From Amphiscolops sp. MND2022 (lineage: Eukaryota), in the NCBI GenBank assembly GCA_964187785.1, contig OZ076409.1:73782001-73846000 (forward strand): a stretch of DNA of 64,000 bases. Direction: 5' to 3'. The notes beneath the pieces were generated by a model. The model did no database searches. It saw nothing but the letters and a program-made list of their open reading frames with translations, and was not told where the DNA came from. Numbering within the stretch: position 1 is the stretch's first letter; each line of letters starts with the position of its first letter. Shown here piece by piece: positions 19,238-32,599 of this stretch. Made by a program: the position numbers and the translations under genes.

Positions 19238-22200
19238 GTGCCCAAATCCATCGATTTACCTTCATTTTGAGGGCGGGGTAGGGCCCCCGACCGGCTCTTC
19301 AGGCTTTAGACTGGCAACTTTAAGCCATTTCGCAAAATGGAAGCGATTTTCTAAACGGCCCATACGATTTGGCTCAAATTTTGCATACGACTTCCTCTAG
19401 CGATTCTAAGAACTTTTCCCTACTACCATTTTGCCCGGAAAATTTTTTTTGTTGACTTATAGACAATTTTAGGTGCCAAAAATGGCGTTTTTTCGAAAAA
19501 TTTTTTTTCAAGAGCCCATATCTCGCTCCCAGGTGCTCGGAGCGGGTCGCATGTGGACGTCGATATTGCTAGGCACTTCGTAAGGAGTCCGTAGACAAAT
19601 TTTCGTACAGATCGGATGAAAATTGACTTAGTAATAAAAAACTTTGATTTGCATTTTTTCGAAAATTTCTGAAAACCCAGTCTATCTCTGCCGTTTTTTG
19701 CCCAGATTTTTTTCCAGGACCTCTCCTAAAGGCCTCCCCTGGCCGGTTTACCTCCCAGAAAAACCATTTGGCCCTTTTGCCGCAGTTTCAGCGTTCCAGG
19801 ATTCCCCGGGTAAAAGTAAAATGTCTTAGAATTTTTTCGAAAAATTTTCAAAAAAAATTTTTTTCAACTTCAGGCCTCCCAAAGTCAAGAAACGTCCACA
19901 CAACTAGTATTGCAAGTGGATGCATGTGGAAAGTGCTCGAATAGACGAGAAAAATGAGCTATTATAAACCTCTGTAGCTTAACCTGACGTTGACTTATGA
20001 CAATTTTAGTGTGAGCTTGCTATGTGAGAAAAAATTTCGAAAATTGAAAATCGAAGCTAAGTCTCATCCAAAACTCATCGGAATACGTTCAATCCATATC
20101 AAAGCGGTTTGTTCCCAGTTGTAGAGTGCAGCAACACCATTCAAGGTCATTTGACCCACTTTAATAGGTTTTGACTTTGTCTTATCCATCCGAAAATTCG
20201 AAACAGTTAAGTACATTCCATCTCCCCTCCGTGGGAGATGGTAATGTACTCGCAAAAAGCCAAGTATAACCGCCCTATTCTACCCGTAGTGGTGCTAGAA
20301 GAGCAGTAGCGTGAGCTCCAGGTTTGCAGTAGTCTCTATGTGTTATAATTATATTTTTCATAGCTAAAAATCTTACTAAACGTGATAAAAAAAATTACAT
20401 CACTCAAAATTTTTTCAAATATTATTATATGTCCCCAATTGACGCACGTCAACTATTTCACTACAACCACCCTACCACCCGGCCCCTCGTATCTTTGTTC
20501 AACCGTACACGTCTAGGTGCCAATCCCCCCCGGGATGCCACAACTTCGAGGGCGGGGTAGGGCCCCCTGCCCGAGTCCAAAACCAACGGCGCTAAACTTC
20601 GCGCCAGAAACTTAAGGCGTTTTCCATTTCTAGAGGCGATCTCGGAAACGGCCCTATAGAATTGGCTCAAAATTTGCATACGGCTTCCTCTAGCGATTCT
20701 AAGAACTTTTCCCTACTACCGTTTTGCCCAAAAAAATTTTTTTGTTGACTTATAGACAATTTTAGGTGCCGAAAATGGCGTTTTTTCGAAAAATTTTTTT
20801 TCAAGAGCCCATATCTCGCTCCCAGGTGCTCGGAGCGGGTCGCATGTGGACGTCGATATTGCTAGGCACTTCGTAAGGAGTCCGTAGACAAATTTTCGTA
20901 CAGATCGGATGAAAATTGACTTAGTAATAAAAAACTTTGATTTGCATTTTTTCGAAAATTTATGAAATCCCAGTCTATCTCTGCCGTTTTTTGCCCAGAT
21001 TTTTTTCTAGGACCTCTCCTAAAGGCCTCCCCTGGCCGGTTTACCTCCCAGAAAAACCATTTGGCCCTTTTGCCGCAGTTTCAGCGTTCCAGGATTCCCC
21101 GGGTAAAAGATAAATGACTTAGAATTTTTTCAAAAAATTTTCAAAATTTTTTTTTCAACTTCAGGCCTCCCAAAGTCAAGAAACGTCCACACAACTAGTA
21201 TTGCAAGTGGATGCATGTGGAAAGTGCTCGAATAGACGAGAAAAATGAGCTATTATAAACCTCTGTAGCTCAACCTGACGTTGACTTATGACAATTTTAG
21301 TGTGAGCTTGCTATATGGTAAAAAAATTCAAAAGATGAAAATTGAAGCTAAGTCTCATCCAAAACTCATCGGAATGCGTTCAATCCATCCCAAAGCGCTT
21401 TGTTCCCAGTTGTAGAGTGCAGCAACACCATTCGAGGTCATTTAACCCATATTTATAAGTTTTGACACCGTCTTATCCATCCGAAAGTTCGAAACAGTTA
21501 AGTACATTCCATCTCCCCTCCGTGGGAGATGGTAATGTACTCGCAAAAAGCCAAGTATCACCGCCCTATTCTACCCGTAGTTGTGCTAGAAATGCAGCAG
21601 CGGGAGCGCCAGGCTGTTTACAGTAGCCTTTACGGGTGTTGTGACTATGTATTACAAATCTAACTATGTTACTGAACGTGAAAAAATTGTTTCACTCCAA
21701 AATTTTTTTCAACTATTTTATGTCATCAATAAAGATATATCCATCTTTCCTACTACAACCACCCTACCACCCGGCCCCTCGTATCTTTGTTCAACCGTAC
21801 ACGTCTAGGTGCAGATCCCCTTTGGGATGCCTTAGTTTCGAGGGCGGGGTAGGGCCCCCAGCCCGAGTCCTAGTAAAAACAACGTAAGGCGATTATAACA
21901 GTCTCCTATCGATTTTGGAAATGGCCCATACGATTTCGCTCAAATTTTGCATACGGCTTCCTCTAGCGATTCTAAGAACTTTTCCCTACTACCGTTTTGC
22001 CCGGAAAATTTTTTTTGTTGACTTATAGACAATTTTAGGTGCCGAAAATGGCGTTTTTTCGAAAAAATTTTTTTCAAGAGCCCATATCTCGCTCCCAGGT
22101 GCTCGGAGCGGGTCGCATGTGGACGTCGATATTGCTAGTCACTTCGTAAGGAGTCCGTAGACAAATTTTCGTACAGATCGGATGAAAATTGACTTAGTAA

Positions 22201-24363
22201 TAAAAAACTTTGATTTGCATTTTTTCGAAAATTTATGAAATCCCAGTGTATCTCTGCCGTTTTTTGCCCAGATTTTTTTCCAGGACCTCTCCTAAAGGCC
22301 TCCCCTGGCCGGTTTACCTCCCAGAAAAACCATTTGGCCCTAAATACGGAGTTTCAGCGTTCCAGGATTCCCCGGGTAAAAGTAAAATGACTTAGAATTT
22401 TTTCGAAAAAATTTCAAAATTTTTTTTTCAACTTCAGGCCTCCCAAAGTCAGGAAACGTCCACACAACTAGTATTGCAAGTGAATGCATGTGGAAAGTGC
22501 TTGAATAGACGAGAAAAATGAGCTATTATAAAGTTCTGTAGCTTAACCTGACGTTGACTTATGACAATTTTAGTGTGAGCTTGCTATGTGAGAAAAATTT
22601 TCAAAAATTGAAAATCGAAGCTAAGTCTCATCCAAAACTCATCGGAATGCGTTCAATCCATCCCAAAGCGGTTTAATTCCAGCTATATAGTGCACCAACA
22701 CCATTGAAGAACATTTGATCCATATATAAAAGTTTTGACACCGTCTTATCCATTTGAAAGTTCGAAACAGTTAAGTACATTCCATCTCCCCTCCGTGGGA
22801 GATGGTAATGTACTCGCAAAAAGCCAAGTACTACCGCCCTATTCTACCCGGAGTGGTGCTAGCAATGCAGTAGCGGGAGCGCCAGGCTGTTTACAGTAGC
22901 CTTTATGGGTGTTGTGACTATGTATTACAAATCTAACTATGTTACTGAACGTGAAAAAGTTGTTTCAATCCCAAAATTTTTTTTCAACTTTAATATGTCA
23001 CCAATAAACATATATCCATCTTTCCTACTACAACCACCCTACCACCCGGCCCCTCGTATCTTTGTTCAACCGTACACGTCTAGGTGCCGGTGTTTTCTTC
23101 ACTTTTAAGGATGTTGCGCGTGTGGGTAGGGCCCCTGGCGCGCTCCGTTATCCCCCGGTTTACAACTTAGAAAATTTGAACAATTTTTTGGGATCTCGAA
23201 AACTGGCCACACGATTTGGCTGAAATTTTGCATGCGGCTCCCTATGACAGTTGTAAGAACTAATCCCTAGTGGCGTTTTGCCCGGAAAATTTTTTTTGTT
23301 GACTTATTCACATTTTTAGGGTCAAAAAATGGCGTTTTTTTGAAAATTTTTTTTTCAGAGACAAATACTCGAAACTGGTGCACCCAGCGCAGTAACGCCT
23401 AGCTGATTTATTGTTGGGCATTTCATGAGGAGTCCGTATACAAATTTTCGTCCAAATCAAATTAAAATTGATTGAGAAATAACTGAAAATTTGAGGAATT
23501 TTTTTGGAAATTTTCGAAAACCCAGTCTATCTCTGCCGTTTTTTGCCCAGATTTTTTTTGAGACACTCTCCTAAAGACCTCCCCTGGCCGGTTTTCCTCC
23601 CAGCAAAACCATTTGGCCCTAAATACGAAGTTTCAGCGTTCTAGCATTCCCGGGCGAAAAGTTGTGGGACTTAGAAAAAATTTTTGGAAACGCAAAATGT
23701 GTAAAGTCAACTTCAGGCCTCCCAAAGTCAAGGAACTTCCACACAACTAGTATTGCAAGTGGATGCATGTGAAAAGTACTCAAACAGACGAGAAAAATGG
23801 GCTATAGAACGACTCTGTAGCTTAACTTGACGTTGACTTATGACAATTTTAGTGTGAGCTTGCTGTGTGAGAAAAAAATTCAAAAGATGAAAATCAAAGC
23901 TAAATCTCATCCAAAACTCATCGGAATACGTTCAGTCCATCCAAGAGCGGTTTAATTCCAGCTATATAATGCAGCAACACTATTCAAGACCATTTGATCC
24001 ACTCACATTAGTTTTGACACCGTATTATTCTTCCGAGAGCACAAAACAGTTGAGTACATTCCATCTCCCTTTCGGGGGAGATGAGAATGTACTCGCTAAA
24101 GTCCAGGTACTACAGTCCATATTTGTTTTTATGCGACGCTCTTATGGTTTGTATGCTAGTGCGTACACGTAATAATCTCTTAACCTATTTTTTGTTGTCT
24201 GCAGTTTGACTTTGACTTGACATAAACTGAACGTTTTGTCCTTACAACAGACATGACTAACGTCAACGCCCCATCCTTGCATCAACGCCCACCGTCCGTG
24301 GGCATGCCGAGGCATGCCCTTCGACGACGTATACCAAGATATACATCGAGCGCGTTAGCCTAG
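19238..24363 (+). mobile_element. Cassettes U6-U9, family A (1279, 1292, 1275, 1280 bp)
   Basis: Family A core with four different heads; internal unit starts at 20517, 21809, 23084. Confidence 0.8.
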
Positions 24364-26355
24364 GTGGGCGGTAGGTTTCCCGTAGTCAAAAAAAAATTGC
24401 AGGCCGGGGTAGGGGCCCTGGCCGAGGCAAAATACCATAGAAAAGGTACCAAATTATGTGAGTTTAGAAAATTGAGCCATACAAATTCTCTGAAAATTGC
24501 TGTGTGTACCCTATCGCCCAATCTAAGAACTTTTTCCTGCTGACGTTTTGCTCTCCAAATGTTACTAATATGACTTTTTGAAAAATTTATCTCTGGTTTT
24601 TCATCAAAAATAGTGATTTTGGCAATTTTTGTGAAATATCTCTGATTGCATTAATTTTTGGACGTTGACTGTGAAACAAGGTCGGAACCATCATTTCGTG
24701 ACCATGGCAATGCACTAAACACAAAAGATGTAGAGTTTTTAAATTTTTTGAAAATTTGACTTTTTTAAATTTTTTTCACTACTATCAGTACCATATATGT
24801 CAAAATAACCTCAGAAAAATTTTTTTATTTTATTTAATTTAGAATCCTTGCTATCCATGGTTTCTGTTAGTATCTACTCGCTGCCAGAGACTCAACAGTT
24901 AACATCGAATTTGAAATTAAAAATTTTTTCGAGGTCATAGGTGTTTCACAAGGATTTCACAACATAGTCTTGTTTTACAAATAGGTCATTTACAACATCA
25001 TATTTTCATCGAGGCATGTCGGATATAGTCTTATTGCTCACGAACGGTCCTACTGGCAACGTAATAACCATTTATAGAAATATAAAGTTTTTAAAAAATC
25101 TTTTCACCCGTTCTTCAGACATTTTTCAGACATTCGGAACTTAACTTAGAAAAATTTCGTCTCAAAAACCCATTTTTCGTCAAGTCGAAATTTGAAATTC
25201 AGCTTTTGAAGCACAAATATGCACTCTGACGTAACCAGTAGGGCCAATGATACTCAACAACACCATTGAGACTGGTATCAGTCGCTCCAAAAACATATGA
25301 GCCGTGATAAGACGTTTTTTTCAACAATACTGTTCAATTGATGTAAACATCGCGGAAGCCTTGGATTACAGTGAAAGTTGATTTGAACAAAAATTTACTC
25401 TTTTTTGTCAATCACTATGTAGACAAAATGCGTAGGGTAAGTTTCAGCACTAATATGAAGATTTTGAAGGAATCGGGTTGCTCAAGGCGTGGTATGAGAC
25501 ACTTTTTTCTCATATACTAGTGTTTTTCAAAACCTTTTCGTTAAATATCTCGAAAAGCAAACATTAAAAAATACTTTCTGATATCTAATTTAATTCCTAG
25601 ACTATAAATGAATCATGTGGTTGATCAGAAACTCTCTACTTTAATGTTTCAAGAAAAAAATCCCTTCCCATGTTTTATATCTGTAGCAGTAAAAAGTAGA
25701 CGCTAAAAAATACGCTATTTTGCTAAGGTTGAATTGCAATTGTTTAGCTTTAAAACTCTTTTAATACTTCTAACGCCACCTTAAGGACTCAAGATGATTG
25801 AAAATGTCAATCACAATGCTGACATGTAGTCTTTCTACGATCCTGGCTGGACAGATTTTGATTATTTTTCAAGTACCTGTTAACTGAATCTCGTGATAGC
25901 CTTCTAAGTTGACCTTCTGCGTCAACTTGAGAAGGCTATCACTAAAATAAACTAAATTCTGATTTGTTTGTTTGTTCCTAACGTCTTTTGGTACGATCGT
26001 CTTACGGTTAGTTGGTTAAACCAGGTCGCTTATACTTCCACAATTTTCGACCACCGTCCGTGTATTCGGTTCACACGACTTTACATTTTCAGTCGTTTGT
26101 TTTCGATAACTATCACAATGTACTGCCATTAGCGCAAAATTCATACTAGTACTTGGTTGGTTGAAATACTTAAACAACTGTTTCCATAGTTATTCGCGGT
26201 GATGGTACAATCCGCGCGCCTACATACCTACGGCGTCTTGTCACTACAACGCCACATAGGGAAACAACGCCCATAGTCCGTAGGCATGCCGAGGCATGCC
26301 TTTCGACGACGCGCGCCAAATCTATGCGCGCCCGCACTTGTGCGGTAGCTGCTAG
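24364..26355 (+). mobile_element. Cassette U10, family D (1992 bp)
   Basis: Near-identical to U15; GTGATAGCC..GGCTATCAC hairpin at 25893-25942. Confidence 0.8.
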
Positions 26356-28548
26356 GTGGAGGTTATTTTATAATAATTAATGTGTTTTTTTCCGGAGTTT
26401 GTGGCTTTGGAAAAAACAAAAGGCGAGAAATCGTGCACTCCGGGCTGAACCGTATACACTCAAATTTCGCCCATTTTTTATACGATCTCGAAACCCAGCC
26501 GTACGATTTTGCTCAAAATTTGCATGCGGCTACAAAATCAGATTCTAAGAACTATTTCCCGGTGACATTTTTTTGAAATTTTTGTGTACGTTTCCCCCCC
26601 GCCCCCTAAAGGGGTCACTTTTCCCCACTTTTGCACTTATGAGTCAAATTCTCAAAACTGGTGGATCTGAGCGTATTCCTGGCGGGGACAACTTTTAACA
26701 AGCGCTCCTCAGTCGACCTTTTTGACTTTTTACTTTGGTGGTACGTTCACCCCCCGAGGAGGAAATTGCGTTTTTGTGACTTCCGGTCGAGGCTTTTTTC
26801 ACCCAAAAATTAGAATTAAGCCAGTTTTGAGCAGGAAGGAGTGGATTTAAAGTGCCTGTACCCTGCTAAAAATTTGTTGGGCTTGTAGCGATATATCTCA
26901 TACCAAGTCTGGTTTTCACCCCCAAACCCCCCTTGAGACCAAAATTCACCCAAAGTTTTTTACCTCTGTTTGTAGTTTTTTTACCGAATATCGTCATTTC
27001 CATGGGTACGGAGTTGAATTAGGGGCTCCTAATAGGGTACCGATGTTCAAGTACACTTGCAGTGCAACTGAGTGACCCTTTTTGGGCCTCTCCTGTGTTC
27101 GGCAAGGACCGGAAGTGGTGTAACCCCCCCTTTTTTGACGTTTGTTGACCTTGAGACTCGCGCTTAGATGACGTTTATGTCGCGCAAATCCTACAAACAA
27201 GTATTAGGATGTCATGCTAGCCAACTAGAGAGCAGTAAGGGAAACAATAATATACCGGAAGTAACCCCCCGTGACCGGAAGTTGTCATTTTTGACCGGAA
27301 ATGGTCCAAAACCTAGCGTTAAAGCAGTTTTTCATTGCTTTTAAAGTCAACTTCTTACATTTTTCAATCTGCGCGAGCTTTTCTTCAGGTTCGTTTTTGT
27401 TGCCGGTGCACAGCAACGAATATACAACTGTAAAATTTTCGCTATAAAATCGTCGGAGAGAGAAATAACGGAATATTTGGAGTTTTTTTCGAAAATATTA
27501 GTCTATATCTGTCATTTTTACCCAATGTTATTCAACACTAGAACCACAGGTTTTATTCTCTGCCCAAAAATATGCCTAACAAATTCACCTGTCCCTTTGG
27601 TTGCAGTTTGAGCATTCTAGCTTTTTCTGGTCACAAGTAAGGGGACTTGAAAAAGTTTCAAAAATTTTTCCGAAAAATTTTTCTAAACGTCATGTCTCCC
27701 AAAGTTAAGAAACTTCCGCACAACTAGGATTACAAGTGAATGCACGTGGTAAGACCTCTAATTGGAGAGAAAAATTCAGTTTAGAACGTCTCTTTATCGT
27801 AACGTGACGTTAAGAGAAGTTGCTTTGAATGCGAGCTTGATGAGACGTCGAGAAGTAACAGTGTGTAAATGGAACCTATGTCTCGACAAATACTCATCGG
27901 AATACATGAGATGAACCCCAATTACCCTCAATTTCAGTTGCCTAGTACAACAACGTCTTCTAAGGACCCTTTAATCTTTTTGATAAGCGTTGAAGTCATC
28001 AATAGATTGAGTTCGCAAGAAACAATTGAGTACATTCTCATCTCTCCCCATCGGGTGAGATGAGAATGTTTTTGCTGAAAGCCAGGTACTACGGCCCAAT
28101 TTTGTTTCATTGCGACGCATTCTGTGCTTTAGCACATAGATACTTTTATTCCGTCTCACTTTTTGTATACACTCTGATTTGTTGTTATGAATTTCTCGTC
28201 ATTACTTTACATAAACTAATTACCATAAAACTTTAACGTCAAAGCCACATTCATTTAGACACCCACCATTCCGTAGGTATGCCGAGGTATGCCATTCGAA
28301 GATGTAGGTCAAACGCAAATGCAATAAAAATAGTGCTGAAAATCGGAAACAGTGACAAACAATTTTGACTTTTTGATATTTGTTAGGTTTTCATATGGAA
28401 CTTACACATCACTGACAATTCAAAACATTCCAGCTGACGCTCACATACAAACATCAACGCCCACCGTCTGTGGGCATGCCGAGGCATGCCCTTCGACGAC
28501 GTATAGCAAATTCCTTTAATATCTACACCCAATTGCGGTAGCTGCTAG
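26356..28548 (+). mobile_element. Cassette U11, family B (2193 bp)
   Basis: Homologous to U4; bounded by CTAG|GTG. Confidence 0.8.
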
Positions 28549-29935
28549 GTGGTTGGGGCGGTCCCCAGAACGCACAAGGAGGCGCGGGGAGGGTCCTGCG
28601 CCGACGTAGAATAATTTCATATAATACTAGTATCCTACATGGGTGTTTTAGAGGCGATTTTGGAATCTAACCGTAGGATTTGGATAATTTTTTGCATGCG
28701 GTCATAACTCGAAATTCTAAGAACTTTTTCCTACTGTCATTTTCCCCGCAAATTGTTTTTTGTTGACTTATGGCCGAAAAACCGGAAATAACGTCCTTTT
28801 TAGACGTTATATCCGAAGTGTCGTCATAACTTTTTTCCAGGGCATACTAGCGTTCTCGTTCACTTTTACACTTAGTTGCAGCATCTCAAAATACAACTGG
28901 TGGAAAATTTTGGTTGCATTCGGATCACCCCCCACCGAGATAGAAGGGTTCCCCCCTCCAGCTTTACCCCCCAAATTTGCAAAATAGCCAATTTTGAGCA
29001 TGAAGCCGAGGATTTAGCGTACCCGCACCCTCCTGATGTTTTGTTGTACGTATTGGGGTCAATCTGACGACATGTGTGGTTTTCACCCCCAACCCCCCCT
29101 TGGACCGGAAATGACACTTTTTTGTGTTTTTTGGCAGAATTTAGCTTTTTTCATTATTAGGCAGTCGTTTTAGGGACTCCTAGCAGGATATCGAAATTGA
29201 AATACAACCTGATCACAACCCAGTGACAACATGTTGGTGAAAACCCGGTGAACCACGGGTGAACCCGGTGAAACACCCCCCTTTTTGTGACCGCTTTTTG
29301 ACCTTGTGCACCAAAATACCAACATCTTGAGGCCTAATGAGGCATTCAAATCTGTACAAAGATGAAATGTTAGACAACCGAAGTCCCGGAAAATCTTTAG
29401 CATATACCGGAAGTTACCCCCATGACCGGAAGTTACCCAATGTGACCGGAAATGGTCCAAAAATTAATGTAAAGTTGAATTTTTCACTATTTCAAGACCA
29501 CTTAATTGAAACTTTTCAATCTCAAAACTAGCGTACTGGCTTGTTTTGCTGAATTTATGGAAATTGATGAGCTCTATCGCCCCCGATAGCCTTCGAAGTT
29601 GACCTTGCGTCAACTTTGGAGGCTATCGATAAAGAAAAATGAACAACAAAGTACATTGTTGCTCTCGTTTTTTTCCCGTTGTTTTTCCTCAAACATTCTT
29701 GAGACATATACATGGCCGTTAGTTGAAATCAATATTTAGCCCATGTTATAGCTGGAGCAGCGAAGCGTTACACAGACTAGTGTGGTTTTGAAATCACACT
29801 ATTTAAATTAACAACTGACCGTCTTGTCAACTCCACACATTCATACCAACGCCCACCGTCTGTGGGCATGCCGAGGCATGCCCTTCGACGACGTATGACG
29901 AATCCACTCCAACGACACCCGCAGTCCTCAGCTAG
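28549..29935 (+). mobile_element. Cassette U12, family C (1387 bp)
   Basis: Near-identical to U5 except for a replaced ~40-bp patch at 29236-29275. Confidence 0.8.
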
Positions 29936-31200
29936 GTGCCGGGATTTCTATTCGTTCAGGGAAGATGCGCGCTGTTGGGGAGGGTCCCGGGCGCGCTCAG
30001 GGGTTATGGTTTTCCAGCTTTGGAGAACAGGGTATCGCGAGTACGATCTCGGAAACTATCCGTCAGAATTGGCTGAAATTTTGCATGTGGCTCCCAATGG
30101 ACATTGTAAGAACAAATCCCTACTGGCGTTTTGCTGGGAAAAATCAAAATGTTGGTCAAAAATGCGAATTTCCGACGAAATTTTTGACTTTTTTTTCTTT
30201 GACAGTCAAAATCTCGCCACAGGGTCACGCTAGCTACCCTAAACCCTGCTAATTATAATTTGCAAACTGTCTCAGGAATGCGGTGTGAAATTTTCAGGTC
30301 AATCGGACTTAAATTCAGCGACTTAGAGCGTTTTTTGAGGTGCATTTTTCGACATTTTTTGCGTTTGCCGATTTATCTCTGCCGTTTTTTGCCCAGATTT
30401 TTTTTGAGACCCTCTCCTAAAGACCTCCCCTGGCCGGTTTACCTCCCAGCAAAACCATTTGGCCCTAAATACGAAGTTTCAGCGTTCTAGCATTCCCGGG
30501 CGAAAAGTTGTGGGACTTAGAAAATTTTTTTTGGAAACGCAAAATTTGTAAAGTCATCTTCTGGCCTCCAAAAGTCAGGAAAGGTTCACACAACTAGTAT
30601 TGCAAGTCAATGCATGTGGCAAGTACTCGAACAGACGAGAAAAATGAGCTATAGAACGACTCTGTAGCTTAACTTGACGTTGACTTATAACTTTTTGAGT
30701 GTGAGCTTGCTACGTGAGAAAAAATTCAAAGTATGAAAATGGAAGCAAAGTCTCGTCGAAAACCCATCAGAACACGTTCAATCCATCCCAGAGCGGTTTA
30801 TGTACAATTGTCTAGTGCAGCAACACCATTCACGATCATTTGACCCATTTTTATAGCTTTTGAGACTGTCTTATTCATCCGATAGCACAAAGCAGTTGAG
30901 TACATTCCATCTCACCTCCGTGTGAGATGAGAATGTACTCGCTAAAGTCCAGATACCACAAACCATGTTTGTTTCTCTGCGACGCAAATATTTGCTAGTA
31001 CCCGTAACTACTGATCTTTTGACTGAATTTTGTTATTACATTGACGTGACATATGCTGAACGTTCGGTTCTTACAACATACACATGACTAACGTCAACGC
31101 CACATACTGTTACCAACGCCCACCGTCCGTGGGCATGCCGAGGCATGCCCTTCGACGACGTATGGCAAATACCCTTTAGCGACGCGCACTCTTTCGCTAG
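29936..31200 (+). mobile_element. Cassette U13, family A (1265 bp)
   Basis: Family A core, palindrome-type tail. Confidence 0.8.
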
Positions 31201-32599
31201 GTGGTCGGGGCGGTCCCCAGAACGCACATGGAGGCGCGGGGAGGGTCCTGCGCCGACGTAGAATAATTTCATAAAATACTATTATCCTACATGGGTGTTT
31301 TGGAAGCGATTTTGGAACCTACCCGTCAGATTTTGATAATTTTTTGCATGCGGCCATAACTCAAAATCCTAAGAACTTTTTCCTTCTGTCATTTTCCCCG
31401 CAAATTGTTTTTTGTTGACTTATGGCCGAAAAACCGGAAATAACGTCCTTTTTAGACGTTATATCCGAAGTGTCGTCATAACTTTTTTCCAGGGCATGCT
31501 AGCGTTCTCGTTCACTTTTACACTTAGTTGCAGCATCTCAAAATACAACTGGTGGAAATTTTTGGTTGCATTCGGATCACCCCCCACCGAGATAGAAGGG
31601 TTCCCCCCTCCAGTTTTACCCCCCAAATTCGCAAAAAAGCCAATTTTGAGCATGAAGCCGAGGATTTAGCGTACCCGCACCCTTCTGATGTTTTGTTGTA
31701 CGTATTGGGGTCAATCTGACGACATGTGTGGTTTTCACCCCCTACCCCCCTGGGACCGGAAATGACACTTTTTTGTGTTTTTTGGCAGAATTTAGCCTTT
31801 TCCATTATTAGGCAGTCGTTTTAGGGACTCCTAGCCTAGCAGGATATCGAAATTGAAATACAACCTGATCACAACCCAGTGACAACATGTTGGCCATTTG
31901 GAGGTACCATCAAGACCGGAAGTGGGGTCAACCCCCCTTTTTGTGACCGCTTTTTGACCTTGTGCACCAAAATGCCAACAACTTGAGGCCTAATGACGCA
32001 TTCAAATCTGTACAAAGATTGAATGTTAGACAACCGAAAACCCGGAAGATCTTTAGCATATACCGGAAGTTACCCCCCATGACCGGAAGTTACCCAATGT
32101 GACCGGAAATGGTCCAAAAATTAATGTAAAGTTGAATGTTTCACTATTTCAAGACCACTTCATTGAACATTTTCAATCCCAAAACTAGCGTACTGGCTTG
32201 TTTTGCTGAATTTATGGAAATTGATGAGCTCTATCACCCCCGATAGCCTTCGAAGTTGACCTTGCGTCAACTTTGGAGGCTATCGATTCTGAAAATGAAC
32301 AACAGAGTACATTGTTGCTCTCGTTTTTTTTCCGTTGTTTTTCCTCAAACATTCTTGAGACATATACATGGCAGTTAGTTAAAATCAATATTTTAGCCCA
32401 TGTTATAGCGGGAGTAGCGAAGCGTTACACAGGCTAGTGTGGTTTTGAACTTACATTATTCTAAAATAAAAAAAGACCGTCTTAGTCAACGCCACACATT
32501 CATAGCAACGCCCACCGTCTGTGGGCATGCCGAGGCATGCCCTTCGACGACGTATGACGAATCCGCTCCGCTCCCACGACGCCCGCAGTCCTCAGCTAG
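31201..32599 (+). mobile_element. Cassette U14, family C variant (1399 bp)
   Basis: Colinear with U5 with scattered substitutions. Confidence 0.8.
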
